A stretch of DNA of 64,000 bases. It comes from Burkholderiales bacterium (lineage in GTDB: Bacteria; Pseudomonadota; Gammaproteobacteria; Burkholderiales; Burkholderiaceae_C). The DNA lies in the NCBI GenBank assembly GCA_017307855.1, contig JAFKGD010000015.1, forward strand, positions 33,496-97,495, given 5' to 3'. Positions within the stretch are counted from its first letter, which is position 1. Every line of letters begins with the position of its first letter. The notes under the pieces are model-generated. The model was not told where the DNA came from. It worked only from the letters and a program-made list of their open reading frames with translations, and did not search any database. A program made the translations under genes and the position numbers. Shown here in pieces: positions 18,393-26,797 of the stretch.

Positions 18393-19400
18393 ATGGGAGC
18401 ATCGCCCGCCATGCCGTACAGAGACCCGACACCCGTCCGCATCCTGATCTACGCCAGCCGGTCGAACCTGATCGGTCCGGTGTTCGGACAGATGGAATCG
18501 ATCCGTGCCGTCGTGGCGCGGCGCAACATCGCCCTGGGGCTGGGCACGGCGCTGCTGCACCAGAGCGGCTGGTTCGTGCAATGGGTCGAAGGGCCGGCCG
18601 AAGCCGTGCAGCAGGTGATCGACCGCGTGGCGGCCGATCCGCGCCACGGCGCCATGCATGTGGTGCACGACGCGGTGGCGCCGCGCCAGCTGCACGACTC
18701 GTGGTCGATGGCCGTGGTGCAGGCCGACGAGCTGCCGGACGACTTCGGCCGCCGGGTCGCCGCCCTGTTGCACGATCGCGAGCGCGGCCTGCACCACGCA
18801 CCGGCGGCCGTCTGGCGACTTCTCTCCACGCCGCTGGGCCACGCGGGCGCGCAGGCGCACGACGATCCCAACCTGTTCTGCCGCACCCTGGTGTGCGCGG
18901 CCGATTTCGACGAGTCGTTCGACCTCGTGCGGTGGCTGGGCGGGCGGCACCGCGTCGACGTGGTGCGGCGCCGCTTCGCGGGCGTGGACACACCCGACGT
19001 GGCCACCGACTATGTGGACTTCGCGGACGCTGGCCTGGTGCACCGCGTGATCGCCATGGCGCGCAATGGCATCCGCATCGGCCTGACGCGTGCCTTCCTG
19101 GCCGATTACGGCTGCATCGTGCTCGTGCGCGGCGGCGATGCGAAACGCGATGCCCAGGTGCTGGAGATGCTCTGCGCCGCCTGCGACGGCCTGCTGCACC
19201 GGCCCGTGCTGCTGGGGGTGGGCGCCGATGCCGCCAGCCACGAACCCCTGCGCCGCATGGCCCGTGGCCGTGCCATGCATTACCTGAACGTGGATGTCGA
19301 CGACCGGCGCGACAGCGCGCAACTCTGGCGCGCGATCGCGCCCGTGGTGCGTGAATTCGCGGCACCGGTGCCGATGCGGGCTATCGCGTGCGCCCGGTAG
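18393..19400 (+). CDS. BLUF-domain blue-light photoreceptor with an unassigned ~190-aa C-terminal domain
   Basis: N-terminal VRILIYASRSN...RRNIALGLGTALLHQSGWFVQWVEGPAEAVQQVIDRVAADPRHGAM...SWSMAVV matches the BLUF hallmarks: Tyr, RN, F-x-Q-x-x-EG, D-x-RH and W-x-M. The start may be the M at 18411. Confidence 0.85.
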   Translation: MGASPAMPYRDPTPVRILIYASRSNLIGPVFGQMESIRAVVARRNIALGLGTALLHQSGWFVQWVEGPAEAVQQVIDRVAADPRHGAMHVVHDAVAPRQLHDSWSMAVVQADELPDDFGRRVAALLHDRERGLHHAPAAVWRLLSTPLGHAGAQAHDDPNLFCRTLVCAADFDESFDLVRWLGGRHRVDVVRRRFAGVDTPDVATDYVDFADAGLVHRVIAMARNGIRIGLTRAFLADYGCIVLVRGGDAKRDAQVLEMLCAACDGLLHRPVLLGVGADAASHEPLRRMARGRAMHYLNVDVDDRRDSAQLWRAIAPVVREFAAPVPMRAIACAR

Positions 19401-19432
19401 ACAGTGCCGCAGCGCGGCACTAGATTGCGCGC

Positions 19433-19852
19433 ATGGCCCATCAGATTCTCGTGAACATCGACGTCGACGACCTGCAGGGCGCGACGGCCTTCTACCGTGC
19501 GGCCTTCGGGCTCGACCTGGGCCGGCGCATGGGCGACGACGTGGTCGAACTCACCGGCGGATCGAGCCCCATCTACCTGTTGCGCCGTGCCGCCGGGACC
19601 GTGGCCACGCCGGCCGGCGCACCCGCCAGCGACACCCGGCGCTACACGCGCCACTGGACGCCCGTGCACCTGGACTTCGTGGTGGACGACCTCGACGAGG
19701 CACTGGCGCGCGCGCTGCGCGCCGGTGCCACGCTCGAGCAGCCCGTGAGCACCAGCGGCTGGGGCCGGCTGGCGCTGCTGTCCGACCCGTTCGGCCACGG
19801 TCTGTGCCTGGTGCAATTCCTGGGGCGCGGATACGACGAACTGGCGGGCTGA
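19433..19852 (+). CDS. VOC/glyoxalase-bleomycin resistance family protein
   Basis: 139 aa. ILVNIDVDDLQGATAFYRAAFGL..., VOC-like beta-alpha-beta-beta-beta pattern. Confidence 0.7.
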   Translation: MAHQILVNIDVDDLQGATAFYRAAFGLDLGRRMGDDVVELTGGSSPIYLLRRAAGTVATPAGAPASDTRRYTRHWTPVHLDFVVDDLDEALARALRAGATLEQPVSTSGWGRLALLSDPFGHGLCLVQFLGRGYDELAG

Positions 19853-19865
19853 GCCACGCGGGCCT

Positions 19866-20813
19866 TCAGCCATGGGCCAGCCGCATGTACAGCGGGATGC
19901 CCACCAGGATGTTGAACGGGAAGGTCAGGCCGAGCGACAGGCCGAGGTACAGGCTCGGACGCGCCTCGGGGATGGCGTGGCGCACGACGGCCGGCACGGC
20001 GATGTAGCTTCCCGACGCGGCGAGCACCATCAGCAGCGCCAGGTTGCCCGCTTCGAGCCCGAACAGCGTCCCCAGCCCCAGTGCAACCAGGGCCTGGGCC
20101 AGCGGCGCGGCCAGCGCATAGACCAGCAACCAGCGCGGTGCGCCGCGCAGCTCGCCCACCTGGCGGGCGCACGACAGACCCATGTCCAGCAGGAAGAAGG
20201 CCAGCATGCCCTTGAACAGATCGCTGGTGAATGGCCGCATCGCGGCCTCGCCGCGGTCGCCGCTGAGCATGCCGATGACCATGGCGCCCAGCAACAGCAG
20301 CTGCGCGCCGTCGGTCAGCGACTCCCGCAACACACCGCGCAGCGGCACTGTCTGAGCCGCGCCTTGCTGGCGGCGCACGCGGTTGGCCAGCAGCACGCCC
20401 AGCACGATGGCGGGCGACTCCATCAGCGCCATTGCCGCGGCCATGTGGCCGCCGTAAGGCAGACCCTGCGTGTCGAGGTACTGGACCGCGGTGATGAAAG
20501 TGACCGCGCTCACCGACCCGTAGGTGGCGGCGATCGCCGCTGCGTCGAAGCCGTTGAGCGACCGCCGCAGCAGCGCGTAGCTGGCCAGGGGCACGGCCAC
20601 GGCGAGCATCACGGCGGCCGCCAGGCTGGCCAGCACCTCGCCCGCCAGGCCCGACTCCGCCAGCGCGAAGCCGCCCTTCAGGCCCAGCGCCATCAACAGG
20701 TAGAGCGACAGGAAGCGCGCGATGGCCGGTGGAATCTCCAGGTTGGAGCCCACGAGTCCGGCCGCGATCCCGAAGCAGAAGAAGAGGATGGCGGGATCGA
20801 GCAGCTGTTCCAT
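19866..20813 (-). CDS. Sodium-dependent bicarbonate transport (Sbt_1/DUF897) family permease
   Basis: Start re-set to MEQLLDPAILFFCFGIAAGLVGSNLEIPPAIARFLSLYLLMALGLKGGF, a family-typical N-terminus. Polytopic membrane protein. Confidence 0.8.
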   Translation of the reverse strand: MEQLLDPAILFFCFGIAAGLVGSNLEIPPAIARFLSLYLLMALGLKGGFALAESGLAGEVLASLAAAVMLAVAVPLASYALLRRSLNGFDAAAIAATYGSVSAVTFITAVQYLDTQGLPYGGHMAAAMALMESPAIVLGVLLANRVRRQQGAAQTVPLRGVLRESLTDGAQLLLLGAMVIGMLSGDRGEAAMRPFTSDLFKGMLAFFLLDMGLSCARQVGELRGAPRWLLVYALAAPLAQALVALGLGTLFGLEAGNLALLMVLAASGSYIAVPAVVRHAIPEARPSLYLGLSLGLTFPFNILVGIPLYMRLAHG

Positions 20814-20820
20814 GCGGTGA

Positions 20821-21807
20821 TCAGGCCTGTTGCGCTTCGGGCCGGGCCCTCGTCTTCCACAGCGACACCAGCACGCCACCCGCGATCAGCCCGAAGGTGA
20901 TGGACAGCGAAAGTGCCGGTGGAAACTTGCCGATGAAGTTCACCAGGAAAATCTTCGTGCCGATGAAGACCAGCACCAGCGCCAGGGCGTACTTCAGGTA
21001 GTGGAAACGGTGGATCATCGCCGCCAGCGCGAAGTAGAGCGCGCGCAGCCCGAGGATGGCGAAGATGTTGCTCGTGTAGACGATGAACGGATCGCTCGTG
21101 ATCGCGAAGATGGCCGGTACCGAGTCGACGGCGAACACCAGATCGACGATCTCCACCATCGCCAGTGCCAGGAACAGGGGCGTCGCATGGCGCACCACCG
21201 TGCCCGATGCGTCGGGCAGCTTCACGAAGAAGGCGTTGCCGTGCAGGCCGCCTGTCACGCGCAGGTGGCGGCGCAGGAATCGCAGCACCGCGCTGTTCTC
21301 CATGTCGGGTGCCTGCTCGGCCGCCAGCCACATCTTGACGCCGGTGAAGACCAGGAACGCGCCGAACAGGTACAGAACCCAGCTGAAGTTCTGCACCAGC
21401 GCCGCCCCCACGCCGATGAGCGCGGCGCGCATCACGATCACACCCAGGATGCCCCAGAATAGGACGCGATGCTGGTACACGCGCGGGATGCCGAGGAAGG
21501 CGAAGATCATCGCGATCACGAAGACGTTGTCCATGGACAGCGACTTCTCGATGAGAAAGCCCGTGTAGTACTCGATGCCCGACTGCGGGCCCATGTACCA
21601 CCAGACCCACCCGCCGAACAGCAGCGCGATGCTGATGTAGCCGGCCGACAGCAGCAGGCTCTCGCGCACGCCGATCTCGCGCTCCTTCCTGTGCAGCACG
21701 CCCAGGTCGAGCACCAGCAGGACGATGACCACCGCCAGGAAGGACAGCCAGGCCCAGGCGGGCTGGCCCAGCCACGGGGCTTGCAGGAGCGTCAGCAGGT
21801 CGGCCAC
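20821..21807 (-). CDS. TerC-family integral membrane protein
   Basis: GTG start at 21807 preceded by GAGGAGAAGGA. TerC motifs FLIEKSLSMDNVFVIAMIF and LFLALAMVEIVDLVFAVDSVPAIFAIT. Confidence 0.85.
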   Translation of the reverse strand: MADLLTLLQAPWLGQPAWAWLSFLAVVIVLLVLDLGVLHRKEREIGVRESLLLSAGYISIALLFGGWVWWYMGPQSGIEYYTGFLIEKSLSMDNVFVIAMIFAFLGIPRVYQHRVLFWGILGVIVMRAALIGVGAALVQNFSWVLYLFGAFLVFTGVKMWLAAEQAPDMENSAVLRFLRRHLRVTGGLHGNAFFVKLPDASGTVVRHATPLFLALAMVEIVDLVFAVDSVPAIFAITSDPFIVYTSNIFAILGLRALYFALAAMIHRFHYLKYALALVLVFIGTKIFLVNFIGKFPPALSLSITFGLIAGGVLVSLWKTRARPEAQQA

Positions 21808-21919
21808 AGAAATCCTTCTCCTCGGGCGAGGGTTCAAACGTCGAGGTCCCGATCCTATCGACCGGAATTCATCGGAAAAATAAGATAATTGCAGAACATA
21901 ATTCCTTAAAAAAGGGAAC

Positions 21920-22798
21920 ATGTCCCAGCACTTCAACTACCGCCACCTGTACTACTTCTGGGTCGTCGCCAAGGAAGGCGGCATGTCGCGGGCGGCTTTG
22001 CGGCTCGACATGGCCGTGCAGACCGTGAGCGCCCAGGTCCGGGAGCTGGAGCGATCGCTGGGCGTGCAGCTTCTGCGGCCCGAGGGCCGGGGCGTCGTGC
22101 TGACCGAGGCAGGCCATCGCGCCATGCAGCAGGCCGACGTGATCTTCGAGGCAGGAGAAGCGCTGCCTGATCTGCTTCGCGCGCGCGATAGCGCCAGTCC
22201 GGTGATGAGGATGTCCCTGGGCATCAGCGATACGTTGCCCAAGCTGGTGGTGCGCCACCTGATGCAGCCCGTGCTGGCCACGCCGGGGCTGAGGCTGCTG
22301 TGCCACGAACAGGACTTCGAAGACCTGCTGGGCAACCTCGCCGTGCACAAGCTGGATCTGGTGCTGGCCGACCGTCCGGCGCCGCCGCACGCCGGGCTGC
22401 GGGTGTTCAACCATGCGATGGGTGCGTCGGCGCTGGCCTGGTACGGCACGGCCGAGCTCGCGGTCCGCGCCAGGAAGCGTTATCCCGAGGGGCTGGGCGA
22501 TGTGCCGGTGCTGCTGCCGGCCCACAACGCGGCCGTCCGCCCGCTCATCGACCGCTGGTTCATGCAGCGCGGCATCGCCCCGAAGGTCGCCGGCGAGTTC
22601 GAGGACTCAGCCCTGCTCAAGACGTTTGCGTCGGGAGGCATGGGGGTGTTTCCGGCGCCCGTGCTGGTACAGCAGCAACTACTGGCCCAGTACGGCGTAC
22701 GTCACATCGGCGAGATGGACGCTGTCGTGGAGCATTTCTACGGGATCAGCACCGAGCGGCGCGTGGTCCATCCGCTGGTGAAGAAGATGCTCCACTGA
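21920..22798 (+). CDS. LysR-family regulator, NhaR-like
   Basis: 292 aa. The N-terminus FNYRHLYYFWVVAKEGGMSRAALRLDMAVQTVSAQVRELE resembles NhaR-type LysR proteins. Divergent from the terC-like gene across an AT-rich spacer. Confidence 0.85.
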   Translation: MSQHFNYRHLYYFWVVAKEGGMSRAALRLDMAVQTVSAQVRELERSLGVQLLRPEGRGVVLTEAGHRAMQQADVIFEAGEALPDLLRARDSASPVMRMSLGISDTLPKLVVRHLMQPVLATPGLRLLCHEQDFEDLLGNLAVHKLDLVLADRPAPPHAGLRVFNHAMGASALAWYGTAELAVRARKRYPEGLGDVPVLLPAHNAAVRPLIDRWFMQRGIAPKVAGEFEDSALLKTFASGGMGVFPAPVLVQQQLLAQYGVRHIGEMDAVVEHFYGISTERRVVHPLVKKMLH

Positions 22799-22838
22799 CG
22801 CCTGCGGCACGGCGCATGGACGCGCCGTGGCAATCCGC

Positions 22839-23996
22839 TCAGGGCGTGGGATAGGTGCCCGGCAGCAACACGCCGGTGTCCACGTCGGCGATGTTCGTGC
22901 GGCCGCAGAAGGCCATCGTCAGATCGAGCTCCTTGTGGATGATCTGCAGCGCGCGCGTCACGCCGGCCTCGCCCATGGCGCCCAGTCCGTAGAGCATGCT
23001 GCGGCCGATGTAGGTGCCTTTGGCGCCCAGGGCCACGGCCTTGAGCACGTCCTGGCCGCTGCGGATGCCGCCGTCCATGTGCACCTCGATCTGGTGGCCG
23101 ACGGCATCGACGATGGCCGGCAGCGCATTGATCGACGAGGGCGCGCCGTCGAGCTGGCGGCCACCGTGGTTGGAGACCACGATGGCGTCGGCGCCGGTCT
23201 GCACAGCCAGGCGCGCGTCTTCCACGTCCTGGATGCCCTTGAGGATGAGCTTGCCGCCCCAGCGTGCCTTGATCCAGGCCACGTCGTTCCACGACAGCGT
23301 GGGGTCGAACTGCTTGTTGGTCCACTCGGACAGCGAGCCCATGTTCTCCACGCCCTTCACGTGGCCGAAGATGTTGCCGAAGTTGCGGCGTTTCGTACCC
23401 AGCATGCCCAGGCACCACTGCGGCTTGGTGGCCAGGTTGAGCAGGTTGGCGGGCGTGGGCTTGGGCGGGGTGGACAGGCCGTTCTTCAGGTCGTTGTGGC
23501 GCTGGCCGATGATCTGCAGGTCGAGCGTGAGCACCAGCGCCGAGCAGCCGGCGGCCTTCGCGCGGTCGATCAGGCGGCCGATGAAGTCGCGGTCGCGCAT
23601 CACGTAGAGCTGGAACCAGAACGGATGGCCGCCCGTGCCTTCGGCCACGTCCTCGATCGAGCAGATGCTCATGGTGGAGAGGGTGAACGGAATGCCGAAC
23701 TTCTTGGACGCGCGCGCCGCCAGGATCTCGCCGTCGGCATGCTGCATGCCGGTGAGCCCCGTGGGCGCGATCGCCACGGGCATGGCCACGTCGTGGCCCA
23801 GCATGGTGGTGCGCGTGCTGCGGTGCTCGATGTTCACGGCCACGCGCTGGCGCAGCAGGATCTTCTGGAAGTCGGCCTCGTTGGCCCGGTAGGTGCCCTG
23901 CGTCCACGAGCCGCTGTCGGCGTAGTCGTAGAACATGCGCGGCACGCGGCGCCGGGCGATGACGCGCAGGTCTTCAATGCTGGTGATGACGGACAT
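22839..23996 (-). CDS. FMN-dependent alpha-hydroxy acid dehydrogenase (L-lactate dehydrogenase-like)
   Basis: 385 aa. RRVPRMFYDYADSGSWTQGTYRANEADF... and SNHGGRQLD. Confidence 0.88.
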   Translation of the reverse strand: MSVITSIEDLRVIARRRVPRMFYDYADSGSWTQGTYRANEADFQKILLRQRVAVNIEHRSTRTTMLGHDVAMPVAIAPTGLTGMQHADGEILAARASKKFGIPFTLSTMSICSIEDVAEGTGGHPFWFQLYVMRDRDFIGRLIDRAKAAGCSALVLTLDLQIIGQRHNDLKNGLSTPPKPTPANLLNLATKPQWCLGMLGTKRRNFGNIFGHVKGVENMGSLSEWTNKQFDPTLSWNDVAWIKARWGGKLILKGIQDVEDARLAVQTGADAIVVSNHGGRQLDGAPSSINALPAIVDAVGHQIEVHMDGGIRSGQDVLKAVALGAKGTYIGRSMLYGLGAMGEAGVTRALQIIHKELDLTMAFCGRTNIADVDTGVLLPGTYPTP

Positions 23997-24123
23997 GAGG
24001 AGGAGATGGACTCTTGGACGAAGCGGCCATCGTAGCGCCGCCCGCCGGGCGGGCGCATGAGGAAATTTCCGGGGCCGGCCGCCGCGCGCGAAGCGAATTC
24101 ACGCGCGGGGCCCGCAAGAGGCG

Positions 24124-25131
24124 TCACTCGACAGTGATCTTCTGGTCCTTGACCACCTTGCCCCACATCGCCGATTCGCGCACCAGATCCTGCGCCAGTT
24201 CGGCCGAGGGAAGGTAGGCCGGCACGCTGCCCTGCGCCAGCGCGGCGGCCGTGAAATCGGGCGCGTTCATCACCTGGCGCACGGCGTCGCCCAGCCGGTT
24301 GACGATGGCCGGTGGCGTGCCCGCCGGTGCAGCGATGAACAGGCGCGGTGCGGCGTCGAAGCCCGGCAGCACGTCGGCCAGCGCGGGCACCTCCTCGGCG
24401 CCGGCCAGCTTCACCGGGCTCATCACGGCAATCGCCTTGAGCCGGCCCGACTTCAGTTGCGCGATGGCGGCCGTGGCGCTGACCACGCCGATCGGCACCT
24501 GGCCGCTCATCACGTCGGGCACGATCTGCGCCGCGCCCTTGTAGGGCACGTGCACCACCTGCGTCTGAGTGCGCGCCTTGAAGAGCTCGAAGCCCAGATG
24601 CTGGACCTGGCCCACGCCCGAGGTGGCGAACGAGTACTTGCCCGGCTCGGCCTTCACGCGCGAGATGAACTCGGCCGGCGTGCGAGCCGGGAAGTCGGCG
24701 CCCGTCACGATGACCAGCGGCGCGGTGACCAGGCCGGCCACGGGTGTGAACGACTTGAGCGGGTCGAAGCTCATCTTCGGCTGCAGGTGCTGCGCGATCA
24801 GCGTGGAGCTGTCGCCCAGCAGCAGCGTGTAGCCATCGGGCGCGGCCTTGGCCACCAGGTCGCCCGCGATCAGGCCGGCGGCGCCGGCGCGGTTTTCCAC
24901 CACCACCTGCTGGCCGAGCAGCTGCGACAGGCGCGGCTGGTAGAGGCGGGCCACGGCGTCGATGCCGCCGCCGGCCGAGTAGCCCACCAGCAGGCGGATC
25001 GGCCGGTCGGGGTAGTTGGCCTGGGCCACGGCCGGGCCGCCGAAGGCGAGGGCGCCGGTGGCCGCCAGGGCGGCGGCAAGCCAGCGGCGGCGATGCGTCG
25101 CGGCGGTGGAGGGGGTCTGCTTCATCGTCAT
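24124..25131 (-). CDS. Bug/TctC-family substrate-binding protein
   Basis: Start re-set to MTMKQTPS, with RBS GGAGA upstream. YPDRPIRLLVGYSAGGGIDAVARL...ENRAGAAGLIA...APDGYTLLL. The upstream part of the 589-aa track ORF is shadow sequence of the enolase gene. Confidence 0.9.
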   Translation of the reverse strand: MTMKQTPSTAATHRRRWLAAALAATGALAFGGPAVAQANYPDRPIRLLVGYSAGGGIDAVARLYQPRLSQLLGQQVVVENRAGAAGLIAGDLVAKAAPDGYTLLLGDSSTLIAQHLQPKMSFDPLKSFTPVAGLVTAPLVIVTGADFPARTPAEFISRVKAEPGKYSFATSGVGQVQHLGFELFKARTQTQVVHVPYKGAAQIVPDVMSGQVPIGVVSATAAIAQLKSGRLKAIAVMSPVKLAGAEEVPALADVLPGFDAAPRLFIAAPAGTPPAIVNRLGDAVRQVMNAPDFTAAALAQGSVPAYLPSAELAQDLVRESAMWGKVVKDQKITVE

Positions 25132-25237
25132 GTCTTGTCTCCTTGTGTCTGTCTGCGATCGATCTCGCGCGCGGCCCGTGCCGTCCGCTGCGGGCGGGGG
25201 CCCCCCTGGGCCCCGCGCCACATTCATGCGCTGGCGC

Positions 25238-26395
25238 TCAGGCCTTGCCCACGCCGCGCGAAAGCGGCCGGCGCGCGGCCTCGGCCAGCCTTTCGGCGTT
25301 GGGCGCGAAACCCAGGCCCGGCGTCTCGGGCAACGTGAGCATGCCGGCCTCGGGCTCGGGCAGGTCGTCGAACACGTTCTTGCAGCATTCGACGGCCACC
25401 GAGTGGTACTCGACCAGCGAGCCGTTGGCCAGCCCCGCATGCAGGTGCATGTTGTGGTGAGGCCAGGCGCCGCCGTTGGCGAAGCGCGTGTTGAACGCAG
25501 CGGCCATGCCGGCGATGCGGTTGCACTGTGTGAAGCCGCCGGTGATGCAGGCGTTGGGCTGCACCACGTCGAGCGCGCCGGCCGTGAGGAAATCGCGGAA
25601 GCGACTGGCCAGGCCCTCGTTCTGCCCGCCGGCCAGCGGAATGCTGGTCTTGCCGCGCAGCTTGACGAGGTTGGGGATGTCGTTGTGCGACACCGGTTCC
25701 TCGAAGAAGCTGATGTCGTGTTGCTCGACGCGCTGGGCCAGCCAGAGGGCGTGGAAATAGTCGAGGCTGCAGTTGGCGTCGATGTAGATCTGCACGTCGG
25801 GGCCCACGGCCTCGCGCACGGCACGGATGCGCTGCACGTCTTCGGCGATGACGGTGTCGAGCGGACGGGGTTCGTCGCGCCGCTGCAGGGCATGGTGGCC
25901 CACGGTCATCTTCAGCCGCGTGAAGCCGCGCGCCACCCACGACTTCGCGGCTTCGGCCAACTCGTCCCGGTCGAAGAAGGCGAAGCCGAAGGTGGCGTAC
26001 ACCGGTACCTGGTTGCGCGCGCCGCCGAGCAGGCGCCAGCACGGCTGGCCCAGGGCCTGGCCCTTGATGTCCCACAGCGCGAGGTCGAGCGCGGCGATGG
26101 CGTGGCTGGCGTAGCCGGACTGGCCGCGCGGCGTGAGCAGCCAGTAGAGCCGGTCCCACAGTTGTTCGTGCCGCATCGGGTCCTGGCCCACGAGATGCGG
26201 CGCGGCGATGTCGTTGACGATGCTGCCGATCACCTCTTCTTCGGTGATGGCGGTCATGCCCGTGCCGGTGAGGCCGGTGTCGGTCTCGATCTGCACGAGG
26301 CAAACGGAGAGCGAGGTGCTCTTGGTGCGCCCGCCGGAGGCGTTCACGGTGACGGGCAGGTTGAGCGGCGTGGCATGCACGCGCGTGATCTTCAT
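25238..26395 (-). CDS. Enolase-superfamily enzyme (mandelate racemase/muconate lactonizing family)
   Basis: 385 aa. MKITRVHATPLNLP...AIAALDLALWDIKGQALGQPCWRLLGG. RBS AGGAGA upstream. Confidence 0.85.
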   Translation of the reverse strand: MKITRVHATPLNLPVTVNASGGRTKSTSLSVCLVQIETDTGLTGTGMTAITEEEVIGSIVNDIAAPHLVGQDPMRHEQLWDRLYWLLTPRGQSGYASHAIAALDLALWDIKGQALGQPCWRLLGGARNQVPVYATFGFAFFDRDELAEAAKSWVARGFTRLKMTVGHHALQRRDEPRPLDTVIAEDVQRIRAVREAVGPDVQIYIDANCSLDYFHALWLAQRVEQHDISFFEEPVSHNDIPNLVKLRGKTSIPLAGGQNEGLASRFRDFLTAGALDVVQPNACITGGFTQCNRIAGMAAAFNTRFANGGAWPHHNMHLHAGLANGSLVEYHSVAVECCKNVFDDLPEPEAGMLTLPETPGLGFAPNAERLAEAARRPLSRGVGKA

Positions 26396-26534
26396 GAGGC
26401 GGTGTCTCCTGTGGCCGGGATCGGCCCTCGTCGTTGTCGTGGTCAGTGTAGGAACGGCCGGACGCTGGGGGCAAGCATGACGGACGAAGGCTGCTTTCGC
26501 GGATGGCGAAAGCTGGCTTGCGAGAGTCGTGGGC

Positions 26535-26750
26535 GGGGTGAGGCGGTCGCCGGGTGCACCCCTCCGCTCGTGTCCCCCGGCCTGCGGCCTCCTCCTTTAC
26601 CTCGCTGCGGGGTGCACCCGACACCCGCCTCACCCTGGGCCGGTGGTGGCTCGCGGTGTGCGACGCGATGTCTCTGGATCACGACGATGCGGTGCTCTCG
26701 CAGCGAGGTAAAGGAGGAGCCGGCGCAGCCGGCGGGGGACACGAGCGGAG
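26535..26750. repeat. Nested imperfect inverted-repeat element (REP/MITE-like or structured RNA)
   Basis: Arm 26562-26609 is the reverse complement of 26699-26750: identical for 18 nt and 21 nt at the two ends, with a divergent centre. A second pair, 26535-26561 versus 26610-26635, shares ggtgaggcgg...gggtgcaccc. The palindrome gggtgcaccc occurs twice. Confidence 0.7.
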
Positions 26751-26797
26751 GGAGTACCGCGTCGGCGTGATCCGCCCGCAAAGGTGGAGTGAGGATC

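Noticed and set aside
21808-21919. Possible yybP-ykoY (Mn2+) riboswitch in the terC-like leader
   Set aside because: I read the leader on the coding strand. The conserved G-rich GGGGAGUAG-type element and paired helices were not recognisable. This needs an Rfam scan to be definitive.
24124-25893. 589-aa ORF fusing the TctC gene to upstream sequence
   Set aside because: The N-terminal 250 aa are Ser/Thr/Pro/Arg-rich shadow sequence of the enolase-superfamily gene. A proper RBS and signal peptide occur at the internal MTMKQ start (25131).
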